Assembly: GCA_041740355.1 (NCBI GenBank)
Contig: JBGSMD010000006.1
Coordinates: 85,663-149,662, forward strand
Direction of reading: 5' to 3'
Length of the DNA stretch: 64,000 nucleotides
Source: Bdellovibrionota bacterium
Lineage (GTDB): Bacteria; Bdellovibrionota_C; UBA2361; CALJRW01
A program made the position numbers and the translations under genes. Under the pieces are notes generated by a model, which was given only the letters and a program-made list of their open reading frames with translations, made no database searches and was not told where the DNA came from. Positions 17,994-28,702 of the stretch are shown here, piece by piece; the first letter of the stretch is position 1, and the number at the start of each line of letters is the position of its first letter.

Positions 17994-20417
17994 TTAGTTA
18001 AATAGTAAATCTAAAAGCCCATTTCGTCGCTTATTATTAGACACCGGCAAGCTTGTAGCTCCTTCTGGCACATTTTCATGATAATTGGAGCAATTTCCAG
18101 GAGGTTCTGTTCCTGTCACGAAAATTTCTTTGATTGGCTCACCAGCACAACTTTCGTCATAAAGGCGACCTGTTGCCGAATCGATATCTAAATATTCTAC
18201 ACCACTGGGCTTAATGAAGCCTTCGTCAGGCAAGACAGCCTGAGCACAAGTCATGTATCGGGCCCAAATAGGAGCAGCTACTTGTCCTCCCCCAACACCA
18301 ATCGGATCATTATTATCTAGACCTAACCAAACTCCAGTCGTAAGACGAGGTGTATAACCAACAAACCAGGCATCTCGCGCATCATTTGTGGTGCCAGTTT
18401 TGCCAGCTGCCGGTAGCGTAAAACCAAGTTTGCGAATACTATTACCAGTTCCTCTTTCAATCACTCCCTGCAAGATGTTGCTTAGCACGTGAGTGGCTTG
18501 TTCGGTGGCAAGATAATGTTCTTCTGCTTGGTTAGTAGCAACTAATTCTCCATCTTCAGTAATCAGACTAGTATACAAACGAGGTGCAATTAATAGACCA
18601 CCATTTGCTAGAGCGGAATAGGCGGTAGTTAATTTGAGCAGGTTAGTCTCTAAAGCTCCCAGTGCTAAGGAAGGAATGGCCGGAGCTTTTTCTACTAAGC
18701 CAAAATCTTCAATAGTTTTAGCAACGTTGTTTAAACCAACTTTTTGACTAACATAGACAGCTGGAATATTTAGCGATTTTTCCAAGGCGTAGCGTAATGT
18801 TACCGCTCCGCGAAAGTTACCATCGTAATTTTTGGGAGTCCAAGGATCTTTACGATTTGATTGTTTAATTGCTAGTGGTTCATCACTCAAAATAGTAATT
18901 GGAGTCGCCACGCGATAATCATTAAGTCCTTGATCTAAAGCTGTAAGATAAACAAATGGCTTGATCGTAGAGCCCACCTGTCGATTAGCCTGACTGACAT
19001 GATCAAATTGGTTTTTGCTGTAGTCACGACCGCCGATCCAAGCTTTAATTTTACCGCTAAAGGTTTCCATCGAAACCAAGCCAACTTCGAGTTTACGTTT
19101 ATTAAGTGCGGGGTAGGTTTTGGCAATCTCTGTAAAGCTTTGATTAATTGCCTGTTCCGCACAATCTTGAAGATACTTACTAAGGCCTGTTTGAATTCGG
19201 AGTGAAGTGTTCTCCAGAGATTTTAGACTATGGGTCGAATCTATATTCTTAGCTAGCGCTTGCATAAAAAATGGAGCTTTCGTTTTATATAATTTAGAAT
19301 CAGAAATTTTGGGAGAATAAGCTTTGGCATTAAGATATTCAGAATTCGTAATAATTTCATTATCTAATAATTTGCTTAGCACTAAATCTCTTCTTTCTAT
19401 TGCTCGCTCAGGATGTCTACTTGGATTATAGTAAGATGGTGCTTTAATTAAACCAGCCAGCAGTGCTGCCTCAGAAAGATTCATTTGGGCTAAGGGTTTA
19501 TTAAAGAAAAATTGACTTGCTGCTGGAAAACCATGAATCCCAATTGCTCCAGATTGTCCTAAGTAAACTTCGTTCAAATATAGTTCCAAGATTTGATCTT
19601 TGGTCAGATTTTTTTCTAGACTAAGTGCCGCAAACGCTTCTAAGAATTTTCTTTTAAAAGTTTTTTCTGCCGAGAAAAACAGGTTTTTTGCTAATTGCTG
19701 ATTGAGTGTACTGCCACCTTGTGCCAAGCGACCTTGGAGGATGTTAGTTGTTGTTGCTCGCAGGATTCCAATTGGATCTACTCCAAAATGCTTAAAGAAT
19801 CTTTCGTCTTCGGTATTAACAACTGTTTGAATTATAAACTTTGGAAATTTTTCTAAGCTTATAAATTTTTTTGATTTTCCATTTGCTTGATTAAGTGGCG
19901 CAATCGGTCGAGGTTCAATCAGGATGTTACGACCACTAATAATTTTATTATCCTGATTTATTTCGTAACTTTCGGTCTTTGGGGAAATTAGCCGGGCACT
20001 TGGGCTAATAAATTCCCGTGTTCGAATCACAAGTTGATTTTTTGAGAGATGGAATTCCCCTGAGGCAAGGTCATTAGTTTTTGCTTCGTGATAATCATAG
20101 GAAGTCAGGATTTTTTTTGCAGAAATACTTGATAAGTTTTTCTTAGGGGGAAAAATTTCGGAATCACTATATACCATTAGGACTTTAGTGGCATTTCCAC
20201 GCTTGAGGAACGTTTTAACTTTTTTATTGATGTGAGAAAAAGTTACGGCACTGCCAATACTTCCAATTATTGTGAGGATTATAAATATTTTTAATAACAA
20301 CTTAATTCCCGGATGAAGTGATCGCTGCTTGCGGGCGCGTGCTTTCTTAGTTGGACTTTTAGCTTGTCTTTTTTTGGGGCGCTTAATTGTAGGGGTGGAT
20401 GCTTTGCTTTTGGGCAT
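17994..20417 (-). CDS. mrcB: Bifunctional class A penicillin-binding protein (PBP1B-like)
   Basis: EDERFFKHFGVD, QGGSTLNQQLAKN, STIK, SLN and KTGT motifs; N-terminal TM and UB2H-like region. Confidence 0.9.
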   Translation of the reverse strand: MPKSKASTPTIKRPKKRQAKSPTKKARARKQRSLHPGIKLLLKIFIILTIIGSIGSAVTFSHINKKVKTFLKRGNATKVLMVYSDSEIFPPKKNLSSISAKKILTSYDYHEAKTNDLASGEFHLSKNQLVIRTREFISPSARLISPKTESYEINQDNKIISGRNILIEPRPIAPLNQANGKSKKFISLEKFPKFIIQTVVNTEDERFFKHFGVDPIGILRATTTNILQGRLAQGGSTLNQQLAKNLFFSAEKTFKRKFLEAFAALSLEKNLTKDQILELYLNEVYLGQSGAIGIHGFPAASQFFFNKPLAQMNLSEAALLAGLIKAPSYYNPSRHPERAIERRDLVLSKLLDNEIITNSEYLNAKAYSPKISDSKLYKTKAPFFMQALAKNIDSTHSLKSLENTSLRIQTGLSKYLQDCAEQAINQSFTEIAKTYPALNKRKLEVGLVSMETFSGKIKAWIGGRDYSKNQFDHVSQANRQVGSTIKPFVYLTALDQGLNDYRVATPITILSDEPLAIKQSNRKDPWTPKNYDGNFRGAVTLRYALEKSLNIPAVYVSQKVGLNNVAKTIEDFGLVEKAPAIPSLALGALETNLLKLTTAYSALANGGLLIAPRLYTSLITEDGELVATNQAEEHYLATEQATHVLSNILQGVIERGTGNSIRKLGFTLPAAGKTGTTNDARDAWFVGYTPRLTTGVWLGLDNNDPIGVGGGQVAAPIWARYMTCAQAVLPDEGFIKPSGVEYLDIDSATGRLYDESCAGEPIKEIFVTGTEPPGNCSNYHENVPEGATSLPVSNNKRRNGLLDLLFN

Positions 20418-20431
20418 GTTTATATACTATA

Positions 20432-20575
20432 TATAGTTATGACAAAAACTGATTTCCGTATATTTAAAATTAGTTTAGTAATTTTTGTCATAACTATAAG
20501 ATTTTATTGTCCCTTTGGGGAATAGTAAGCCCCAACAAATAATACAATACGAATTTAATTTTTATACTTACTATA
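20432..20575 (-). mobile_element. Dispersed TATAGT-ended element, copy 2 (full length, 144 bp)
   Basis: Perfect 17-bp IR 20432-20448/20482-20498 around 33 nt, plus module B and a diverged module A to 20575. Confidence 0.85.
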
Positions 20576-20611
20576 ATATCATCAATCTAAAATTTATTGT
20601 TTATAAACACA

Positions 20612-21331
20612 ATGGCAGGGCATTCTAAATGGGCGAAAATCAAGCGCCAAAAAGCAGTTACCGATGGTCGTCGCAGTCAGACCTTTACTAGGTATCTTAG
20701 AGAGATTCAAGTTGCAGCCAAAATGGGTGGAGGGGAGTTCGTGGGTAATTCCAGGCTGAAACGTACAGTTGATGCTGCCAAGTCGATTGGAGTTCCTAAT
20801 GATAATATTGATAAAGCAATAAAACGTGGCACTGGAGATTTAGAAGGTGTAGAATACGAAGAAGTTACTTATGAAGCCTATGGGCCTGCCGGCATTGGTT
20901 TAATTATAAAAACACTAACTGATAATAAGAACAGAACCGTTGGTGAGGTACGGAATGTGCTTAGTCGTAAAGGTGGCACCTTAGCTGCTAATAATTCTGT
21001 TTCCTACCAATTCTCAGAACAGGCTGTCTGTACCTTGCCAAAAGCTATTGGTACAGAGGAGGATCTTTTAGGGATTGTTTTAGATGCTGGCGCTAATGAT
21101 TTACAGGACGCGGAGGATTCATGGGAGATATATGCGGATATGGCAGCATTTGATACCATGATGCAAGCACTCTCTAAGTTTGGGGATCAGCTTAGTGGAG
21201 AAATCCGAATGGTTCCAAAAAACTCCCTGATGGTTTTGGGGGATGATGTTGAAAAAGTAATGAGCTTACTCGATGCCTTGGATGGACTAGATGATGTTCA
21301 AAACGTCTTTACAAATTTTGATACAGAATAA
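20612..21331 (+). CDS. yebC: YebC/PmpR family protein
   Basis: MAGHSKWAKIKRQK, YEAYGPAG, TDNKNRT, DDVQNVFTN. Confidence 0.96.
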   Translation: MAGHSKWAKIKRQKAVTDGRRSQTFTRYLREIQVAAKMGGGEFVGNSRLKRTVDAAKSIGVPNDNIDKAIKRGTGDLEGVEYEEVTYEAYGPAGIGLIIKTLTDNKNRTVGEVRNVLSRKGGTLAANNSVSYQFSEQAVCTLPKAIGTEEDLLGIVLDAGANDLQDAEDSWEIYADMAAFDTMMQALSKFGDQLSGEIRMVPKNSLMVLGDDVEKVMSLLDALDGLDDVQNVFTNFDTE

Positions 21332-21333
21332 CA

Positions 21334-21921
21334 ATGATTGCTGGACTTACTGGAATAATTCAAAATATTAGTGGACAAGAAGTCGAGGTAAACGTTCATG
21401 ATGTGACTTACCTTGTGCATTGCACAACGGAATGTATTTCTAATTTTACATTAGGGAAATCAGCCACCCTTACAATACATACTGATGTACAAGAGACCAG
21501 CATTCGATTATTTGGATTCGGCGATCGCTTAGAGTCACAAGTATTTAAACTATTAATTGGTGTTAATGGAATTGGAGCAAAGTCGGGAGTTGAGATTTTA
21601 TCCCGTGTACCAAAGTTAGAATTATTAAAGTTACTAAGTTCAGGTGATGCTAACGGACTAAAAGCAATTAAGGGTGTTGGGGCCAAAACTGCGGATCGCT
21701 TAATCTTAGAATTAAAAGATAAGGTTTCCCAATTTATTGATGCTAGTCGTTTGCAAATTAAATCTGGAGTTAAAAATGTGCAAATGGAAGAAGCGACTCT
21801 TGCCTTACAAGCTTTGGGGTTTAGTTTAAAGATTGCCACTGATGCTTTAAATAGGATCTCTACGGAAAAGTTACCGAAGGACAGTGGAGAAATTGTTCGT
21901 TTGGCCTTAGCTCGAATTTAG
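21334..21921 (+). CDS. ruvA: Holliday junction branch migration protein RuvA
   Basis: MIAGLTG, LFGF, LIGVNGIGAK, IKGVGAKTADRLILELKDK, ALQALGF. Confidence 0.95.
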   Translation: MIAGLTGIIQNISGQEVEVNVHDVTYLVHCTTECISNFTLGKSATLTIHTDVQETSIRLFGFGDRLESQVFKLLIGVNGIGAKSGVEILSRVPKLELLKLLSSGDANGLKAIKGVGAKTADRLILELKDKVSQFIDASRLQIKSGVKNVQMEEATLALQALGFSLKIATDALNRISTEKLPKDSGEIVRLALARI

Positions 21922-22196
21922 CTTTTACCAACAATCTTTTTATAAACATTAAATTTATGTTTACAAGAAATGCATTGTTGTTTTTCTTCGGAATTAAAAA
22001 GAGAGGGAAATGCGATTAGTAGGGTTATCGGTAAAATTGCTATAAAATTAAATCCTAAAAAAGAAGCATAATAATTTAGTAAGACCCAAATAACTGTAAA
22101 ATTAAGACTTGTTTTAAAAGTGCAACGCAAAACAAGTAGCCGATCTGACTCGGAATAAGACTTACAACAGGGACAAGGCTGGGCTTCTTGTTTCAT
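21918..22196 (-). CDS. Small membrane protein with two CxxC pairs (zinc-ribbon/LITAF-like)
   Basis: CPCC and CISC..F motifs flank a hydrophobic hairpin. Confidence 0.5.
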   Translation of the reverse strand: MKQEAQPCPCCKSYSESDRLLVLRCTFKTSLNFTVIWVLLNYYASFLGFNFIAILPITLLIAFPSLFNSEEKQQCISCKHKFNVYKKIVGKS

Positions 22197-22435
22197 ATTG
22201 TATGATCCAACTAATAAATACTTTTGCTTCCGAATATTTTCAGATATATTAGAGTCATTAGGTAGTTATTTAGAATTTGGCTGATCTTGCATCTAAATAT
22301 TGGTAAACTAATTGCTCTTTGGTGCAGCATATCTCCGTTTTGCCAGTATTTTTATTGCGACCTCTACTCAAACTCTATAATGTTACATAAATAAAGCTTT
22401 TCAATCGTAGGGTTGATTTGCTAAAATTGTCACCA

Positions 22436-22495
22436 ATAGTTAACCCATAAAAATCCTTGATAGTTTTAGGGGAAATGTTTACTGGGTTTACTATC
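22436..22495 (+). repeat. Divergent module-A-like hairpin upstream of lipoprotein gene
   Basis: ATAGTTAACCCATAAA...TTTACTGGGTTTACTATC; same ATAGT/TTACTATC ends as module A. Confidence 0.45.
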
Positions 22496-22506
22496 TTTGT
22501 TCCTAA

Positions 22507-22926
22507 ATGGAGTATAAAATGTATAAATTTCTTAAAGTTAGTTTTCTTTGTTGTTCTTTATCAATGATTGTTGCTTGTTCTGGTAACTCATTATCCGGAC
22601 GTGATAAAGGTGTATTAGGTGGAGCTGCAATTGGCTCGGGGTTAGGTGCAATTATTGGTCACAAGACTGGCTCTACTGGAGCTGGGATTGCAATTGGTGG
22701 CGCTGCAGGAGCAATCTCCGGTGGTTTAATAGGTAATGCGCAATATGGTGCTACGAATCGTGCCAATGAACAAGATGAGCGTTTGAGAAGACAAGAGTTG
22801 GAGATGGAAAGACAAAAAAGAGAGTTAGAAGAACTACGTCGACAAGGATCCGGAGACACTTATCGCAGTGATACCTACCGTGAAGATACTTCCCCACGTG
22901 ATGACAGTTATTACGATCGTTATTAA
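22507..22926 (+). CDS. Glycine-zipper lipoprotein
   Basis: Lipobox IVAC, GAAIGSGLGAIIG..GAGIAIGGAAGAISGGLIG, coiled coil; start may be 22519. Confidence 0.88.
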   Translation: MEYKMYKFLKVSFLCCSLSMIVACSGNSLSGRDKGVLGGAAIGSGLGAIIGHKTGSTGAGIAIGGAAGAISGGLIGNAQYGATNRANEQDERLRRQELEMERQKRELEELRRQGSGDTYRSDTYREDTSPRDDSYYDRY

Positions 22927-22940
22927 TCAAATCAAATCCT

Positions 22941-22965
22941 GTTCTCTGGCTTGAGTCCAGAGAAC
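22941..22965 (+). terminator. Hairpin after lipoprotein gene
   Basis: GTTCTCTGG-N7-CCAGAGAAC. Confidence 0.5.
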
Positions 22966-23212
22966 TTCCAAATTTATTAGTGTTCCTATTCTAATGTAGA
23001 AAATCCAAGCTGTAATTTCCCAAACTCAGGTCAAAATTTTTTCTAAAATTACTTGCTGAGAATACTACATTTTACCATGCCAGTCTGATCATACACCATA
23101 AACATGGAAAATTGGAAATTGGATAAAACAGTCATTTCACTAGACTGTTAATTCTTTGTGCATCTGTTACTGTCTACTCCGAAAACGAATCATTTATTTT
23201 TTTTAAATTTAT

Positions 23213-25054
23213 ATGACAAATACAAAACCAACTTCATTTGAAGCATTAAATAACTGGGTTAATCAAATCACTACTCTTTGCGAACCAAAGAATGTTCACT
23301 GGTGTACTGGCTCCGAATCCGAATGGCATAATTTATCAGATTTATTAGTTAAAAATGGCACCTTTATTAAATTAAGCCCAACTAAGAGACCTAATAGTTT
23401 TTTAGCGCGCTCCGCGACTTCTGATGTGGCACGAGTTGAAGATCGCACCTACATTTGCTCACGTCGGAAATCTGATGCCGGCCCAACTAATAATTGGCAC
23501 GAGCCAGTCAGCATGAAAAAGAAAATGCTGGAAGTATTTCAAGGTTCAATGAAAGGACGCACGATGTATGTGATTCCATTTTGTATGGGACCACTAGATT
23601 CACCACTTGCTCAAATTGGAGTTGAGATTTCAGACAGTCCATATGTTGTGCTGAATATGAAAATCATGTGCCACATGGGGGAGAAAGTTTTGAATCGTTT
23701 ACAGGACGAGGCTGCCGGGACTATTGATAAAAAAAGATTTTCACATGGAACTTTTATTCCCTGTGTTCACTCAGTTGGTATGCCATTAGCAGATGGAGAT
23801 GTAGATGTAGCCTGGCCTTGTAACGAAGAAAAATACATTGTTCATTTTCCAGAAGATCGTGAGATCTGGTCTTATGGTTCTGGCTATGGAGGAAATGCAC
23901 TTCTTGGGAAAAAATGTTTAGCACTGCGTATTGCATCTAATATTGCCCGTGAGAATGGTTGGCTTGCTGAACACATGCTGATCGTTGGGGTTCATTCTCC
24001 AAAAGGAAAAACTAATTACTTAGCAGCAGCTTTTCCTTCGGCTTGCGGCAAAACTAATTTAGCAATGTTAATTCCTCCTAAAAAGTTTTTGGATGAGGGT
24101 TGGAAAACAACAATTGTTGGGGATGATATCGCCTGGCTTTGGCCTCATGAGGATGGCAAGTTACATGCCATCAATCCTGAAACAGGCTTTTTTGGAGTAG
24201 CTCCAGGAACATCTTACGATACTAATCCGATTGCCATGGATTCTATGAAAGAGAATACTATTTTTACAAACGTGGCTTTAACGGACGATGGAGATATTTG
24301 GTGGGAAGGAATGACGAAAGAGCCACCTGCTCATTTAATTGATTGGACGGGACTGGATTGGACTCCTGATTGTGGTCGCTTATCATCACATGCAAATTCT
24401 AGGTTTACAGCTCCGGCCATGCAGTGCCCAACGATTGATGCCAATTGGCAAAATCCTGATGGAGTCCCGATTGATGGGATCATGTATGGTGGAAGACGGG
24501 CAACAACAATGCCTTTAGTTTTCCAAGCTTACAATTGGAGTCATGGAATTTATTTGGGAGCCACTATGGGGTCTGAGATGACCGCTGCAGCAGCTGGGCA
24601 AATTGGTAAGGTCCGTCGTGATCCGATGGCGATGTTGCCATTTTGTGGTTACAACATGGGTGATTACTTTGGTCACTGGTTAGATATCCGAAAACAATTG
24701 AAACATTTGCCTCGTTTCTTTCATGTCAATTGGTTCCGTAAGGATCAAAATGGAAAGTTCCTCTGGCCTGGATTTGGGGACAATATGAGAGTCATTAAAT
24801 GGGTAGTTTCTCGTTGTAATGGTGAAGCTGTTGGTTATGAAACTCAGATTGGTTGGATGCCTAAATTTGAAGACTTTGACATTGAAGGTCTGAATAATTT
24901 TGATGAAAATAAATTCAATCAATGTATGGAATTTAAGCGTGATGAGTGGAAAGCGGAGCTTGCTAGTCAGACTGAATTCTTCATTGATCTCTACGATCAT
25001 TTGCCAAAAGAAATAGTCTTTCAAAAAGAATTATTAATAGCAAGATTAACGTAG
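23213..25054 (+). CDS. pckG: Phosphoenolpyruvate carboxykinase (GTP)
   Basis: [51 protein letters not shown]. Confidence 0.98.
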   Translation: MTNTKPTSFEALNNWVNQITTLCEPKNVHWCTGSESEWHNLSDLLVKNGTFIKLSPTKRPNSFLARSATSDVARVEDRTYICSRRKSDAGPTNNWHEPVSMKKKMLEVFQGSMKGRTMYVIPFCMGPLDSPLAQIGVEISDSPYVVLNMKIMCHMGEKVLNRLQDEAAGTIDKKRFSHGTFIPCVHSVGMPLADGDVDVAWPCNEEKYIVHFPEDREIWSYGSGYGGNALLGKKCLALRIASNIARENGWLAEHMLIVGVHSPKGKTNYLAAAFPSACGKTNLAMLIPPKKFLDEGWKTTIVGDDIAWLWPHEDGKLHAINPETGFFGVAPGTSYDTNPIAMDSMKENTIFTNVALTDDGDIWWEGMTKEPPAHLIDWTGLDWTPDCGRLSSHANSRFTAPAMQCPTIDANWQNPDGVPIDGIMYGGRRATTMPLVFQAYNWSHGIYLGATMGSEMTAAAAGQIGKVRRDPMAMLPFCGYNMGDYFGHWLDIRKQLKHLPRFFHVNWFRKDQNGKFLWPGFGDNMRVIKWVVSRCNGEAVGYETQIGWMPKFEDFDIEGLNNFDENKFNQCMEFKRDEWKAELASQTEFFIDLYDHLPKEIVFQKELLIARLT

Positions 25055-25062
25055 ATGTTTAT

Positions 25063-25207
25063 TTTAGTAAGTCTAAAAAGTAGTTCCCCTAAGGAATTAC
25101 TTTTTGGGGCTTACTATCCCCCCAGAAGGATAAAATATAGGAACGCAAGAAAATTCCATAGAGTTATATTAGCTATTATCTTGCCAGTTCTGGTAAAGTC
25201 TTACTAG
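25063..25207 (+). mobile_element. Dispersed element, copy 3 (A+B clear to 25140, C degenerate)
   Basis: TAGTAAGTCTAAAAAGTAGTTCC...GGAATTACTTTTTGGGGCTTACTATCCCC matches the other copies; lies between convergent genes. Confidence 0.8.
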
Positions 25208-25212
25208 TCAGA

Positions 25213-26514
25213 TTAGCTATCGCTTAGTGCGAGCTCAGCCTCAACTTCGGATCTTCTACTGAGCGCTGCAGAGAAAGCCTTGGCATGATCTACTGCTGGT
25301 TTGCGTGTTTCCTTTGTTGTATTTGGAATTGCATTTTCTAAATCTACTTCTACTGGTTTAGTTAAATTGATTTGTGGCTCTTCTTTAAGTGCCGTAATTG
25401 TATTTAGCGTTTCTGTTAACTTAGTAGATTCTAGACTAGAATGGGGGACATCGGTAGCTACCCTACTAGAAGTATTGGCAATCGGGTTAGCTATTTCTTG
25501 TTCTTGCTGATAGCTACTCTCTAAGGGAGTTGCTACTTTTAATTCATTAACAGTATTTAATGTTTCGGATAATCTAGATGCTTGCTGAGCAGATATCGAC
25601 AAGTCGGAATCCAATTTAACACTTGTCGTGTTAAGTATAGGATTTGCAAGACTTTGTTCTTGTTCAAGAGTTGTTGCAGTTCTTAAACCCGTAACTAACT
25701 CAACGCTCTCTGCTAATTTTGTAGCTTCTTGATTTGCAACAGAAATACCAGTATCTAATTTCACAGCGGAGGAATGAGCAATTGGATTAGCTTGCTCTAG
25801 TCCTTGTGCTTCAGCATTTGTCCCTTGAATTCCATTAATTGTTCCAATACTTTCGGCAAGTTTAGTAGCCTCCTTAGTTGATAAGCCATTTGCTTCTTTC
25901 CAAGGCATACCAAGACCTAATTCATTGGCAGCAGCAAGTTTTAAATCATCTTTAATTACAATTGTGCTCTCTAGAAAAGCTTTATTTGGATCAATTAATA
26001 CCCCAAGCTTTTCTAGCTCAATATTAATATTACCCATTAATTTTTTATGGGCCTCAGGATCCAAGACTGGAACTTCAGGATTAGGTGCAGATCTGACAGA
26101 TTCTTTTTCAACTTTGGAATTTAGTTGCATTGCAGGATCTAGTTCTTCTAATTGTCTAATTACCTGGCTGGCAACATAATGAGCATCTCGCTCTTGCTGA
26201 TCTCTCCAAGTCATTTGCTTTTCAAAAATCTCTGATTGGGTGGCAGGCTGTGCTAACATTGATTCCACATTAGCTCCAACCTGACTGCTATTAGTCGTAA
26301 TAGTTTGACTGCCACTAATATCACTTCGTTGTAGATTTTGTGCAGAAACTGTTAGCCCTTGCAGACTATTCTGTGTTGCCTGCATGTCATAGGGATTAGA
26401 TCTAATTTGGGCGATCGTATTTTGAATAGCTGTAGATAATTCTGGGTCAAACTGCCGGCTAGTTGTTTCGGAAACTGATTTTTCAACAGGTTTATCAGGT
26501 GCAAATAGTGTCAT
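25213..26514 (-). CDS. Hypothetical protein with four ~48-52 aa internal repeats
   Basis: Repeated EATKLAES...ANPI....VKLD units; Ser/Thr/Gln/Glu-rich; no signal peptide. Confidence 0.8.
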   Translation of the reverse strand: MTLFAPDKPVEKSVSETTSRQFDPELSTAIQNTIAQIRSNPYDMQATQNSLQGLTVSAQNLQRSDISGSQTITTNSSQVGANVESMLAQPATQSEIFEKQMTWRDQQERDAHYVASQVIRQLEELDPAMQLNSKVEKESVRSAPNPEVPVLDPEAHKKLMGNINIELEKLGVLIDPNKAFLESTIVIKDDLKLAAANELGLGMPWKEANGLSTKEATKLAESIGTINGIQGTNAEAQGLEQANPIAHSSAVKLDTGISVANQEATKLAESVELVTGLRTATTLEQEQSLANPILNTTSVKLDSDLSISAQQASRLSETLNTVNELKVATPLESSYQQEQEIANPIANTSSRVATDVPHSSLESTKLTETLNTITALKEEPQINLTKPVEVDLENAIPNTTKETRKPAVDHAKAFSAALSRRSEVEAELALSDS

Positions 26515-26615
26515 CGGAATCTTAACTAAAGAAATAACTATTCTACCTATCGATCAAACCCTAAAGTTTGCTTCTATTTTTTTTGAAATATTTTAATAGG
26601 GACAACTGATTGAAA

Positions 26616-28586
26616 TTATTCAAAAAATTCTAGTTCAGCAATCGACCAATCAAAAAATGGGTCATTTCCTCCTTGTTCCAAGCGTATTTGCTTTACTTTG
26701 ATTGGGTTAAAATAAAAGGAATAACGACTCTCACTTCCTAGGAGATAACGAATAAAGTAGTAATCGCTCCCTGAGATTAGTGGCCTCCTATTGTCCTTCT
26801 CATCAATAATCCAGATTTGTAATTCCCGAGGATAGTCCGTAACCCAATCTGCTAGGTGGTAGGTGAAGGCGCGTAAACTTTGTGGCTCTGGAAAATTAAT
26901 TTCCATAAACATTGTTTGGTTCTGAGGACTAGCCGATCCCCAGCGAGTTTTAAGATCTTGATCCAGTACTTGCTTAGCAACAGCCTGGTTATAGTTTGTC
27001 TTAAGCACTACATTTTCAAAATTAGTTAATTTAAGTAGGTCGGTTTGTTTAGGTTTGATTTCATAAAAAACAAAATATTCGGAAAGTATTTTTTCTTGAT
27101 ATGTATACCCTTGGATCTCCAAAGATTTTCGCAACATTCCAGCCTGAGATTTTACCAAGACATAGGGAGCTTGACTCCGATGCGGTTCTCCTTCCTTCTC
27201 ATACTCCGGCATACGACTTCGAAAAGGTTCATCAAAAACTAGAAAACGAATCTTTTCTTTGGTTTCAAATGCTAAACGATAGCCAATCCAATAATTAGTT
27301 TTAACCCACTGGAAGTTATTCTGATCTAACCAATCAATTAACTCTTGGTGATTGGCACTGGCACGATCAAGTGCTTTGATTAGCGGTTCTTTGGCATTGT
27401 TTCTTTCGGGATAATAGGTTGAAACTAAATTAATGCTTATCAGCAAGGTTAGGAGAAGGTAAGCAGGTACTTTTAAATTTTGTGACAATTTGGCAAGGAT
27501 ACAGCCTGTTAAAACAATTAGTGGGAAGTAAATTGGTAAGAGGTAACGAGGAGCTTCTGCTAAGTGTCCATAACTACTAAAGGCTACAATTATAGCCATT
27601 AGAACGATCATTAAGAAAAGAATCTCCTGTGGTTTTTGCCAGTCAAATTTTAATATTGTAAGTTTGAGAAGATCTAAATAACGATATCCAATATAAAGTA
27701 GCGTTAAAAGAAAATAAATTAAGATCACGAAAGTGGTTGATCCAAGATAGGAGTCCTGAAAAGAGGCAAAGTTTCTAGCCCCAAGTAAAATTGGCAGAGA
27801 AATGTCAAAAAATTTCACCAAATATTCCCAGCTTTTTCCACCTTCGGCGGAGGAGAAAATTTCCTTACTAGCAAAATTGTTTTGGAGATTATAAATCCAA
27901 AAAGGTAAGGAGCCCAATAAAAAACAAAGAACTGACCAGAAAAATAGTTGGATTGTTTGTAAAAATCTCAGACGGTGGATGGCATAACCCAGAACACTGA
28001 GAAATACAGGAACCATAAAGTAGATGACTTGGTTATTTACCCACCAACCAAGTCCGAGAAGTACTGCAATTAGACCAAGATTTTTAGCATTTACTTGATC
28101 ATATTTAAAAGATCGAATTAGCAATAAAATTGCTAAACTTCCAATCACAATAACTTCAATAAAACCACCACGAGCTTTTGTGCTCCAAAGTACTAGTGTT
28201 AGTGGGGGAATGGCAGCAAGTAATCCAGCAAAACGAGCAGCAAGTTTATTACTAACTTCAAATGCAGTTAGGTAAGTTATTAAAACTAAGGCTAAACTAA
28301 AAGCGAGTGGAACATATTTTAAGGTGTAATTTTCCAAGCCTATAAAAAGACCAAGGAAGCTAATAAGAATTGCTTCTAAACTTCCCATGTAATGTTGGCC
28401 ATAATAGAAGATTGGCCAGGGTTTCCCTTCGCTAATGTGCTTGGCCATCAGGCCAACGATTGCTTCATCTGATTCGATGGCAAAATGACTGGCAATGACC
28501 AAATCCATTCGTAAAATAACTGCGTAGATTAGAATCAGAGTAATAAATAGCCAGTCTTGTTTGATGATTGTTTTAAGTGGCAGCAT
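26616..28586 (-). CDS. GT-C fold glycosyltransferase (ArnT/PMT-like) with C-terminal discoidin-like domain
   Basis: ESDEAIVGLMA..YYGQHYMGSLE after TM1; multi-TM; C-terminal DQDLKTRW..WSIAELEF. Confidence 0.82.
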   Translation of the reverse strand: MLPLKTIIKQDWLFITLILIYAVILRMDLVIASHFAIESDEAIVGLMAKHISEGKPWPIFYYGQHYMGSLEAILISFLGLFIGLENYTLKYVPLAFSLALVLITYLTAFEVSNKLAARFAGLLAAIPPLTLVLWSTKARGGFIEVIVIGSLAILLLIRSFKYDQVNAKNLGLIAVLLGLGWWVNNQVIYFMVPVFLSVLGYAIHRLRFLQTIQLFFWSVLCFLLGSLPFWIYNLQNNFASKEIFSSAEGGKSWEYLVKFFDISLPILLGARNFASFQDSYLGSTTFVILIYFLLTLLYIGYRYLDLLKLTILKFDWQKPQEILFLMIVLMAIIVAFSSYGHLAEAPRYLLPIYFPLIVLTGCILAKLSQNLKVPAYLLLTLLISINLVSTYYPERNNAKEPLIKALDRASANHQELIDWLDQNNFQWVKTNYWIGYRLAFETKEKIRFLVFDEPFRSRMPEYEKEGEPHRSQAPYVLVKSQAGMLRKSLEIQGYTYQEKILSEYFVFYEIKPKQTDLLKLTNFENVVLKTNYNQAVAKQVLDQDLKTRWGSASPQNQTMFMEINFPEPQSLRAFTYHLADWVTDYPRELQIWIIDEKDNRRPLISGSDYYFIRYLLGSESRYSFYFNPIKVKQIRLEQGGNDPFFDWSIAELEFFE

Positions 28587-28702
28587 TATTTATAGTGTGT
28601 TGCAAAGTCTTTGCCGTAACCTAGCCATAGCAAGTCTATCCATTATGGTTTTTATGGTGAAAAATTGAAGTTTTTTCAGCAAGAATTTTTTGAAATTTAA
28701 TA

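Noticed and set aside
20432-20498. Integron attC site (GTT/AAC-containing hairpin)
   Set aside because: The order is GTT...AAC, the reverse of RYYYAAC...GTTRRRY. The flanking genes are core genes, not cassettes, and there is no integrase.
21408-21839. 143-aa ORF antisense to ruvA, and the other short antisense or nested ORFs in the track (e.g. 24680-25024, 32426-32734, 35110-35427, 60188-60385)
   Set aside because: Shadow ORFs lying within confidently assigned genes, with no motifs.
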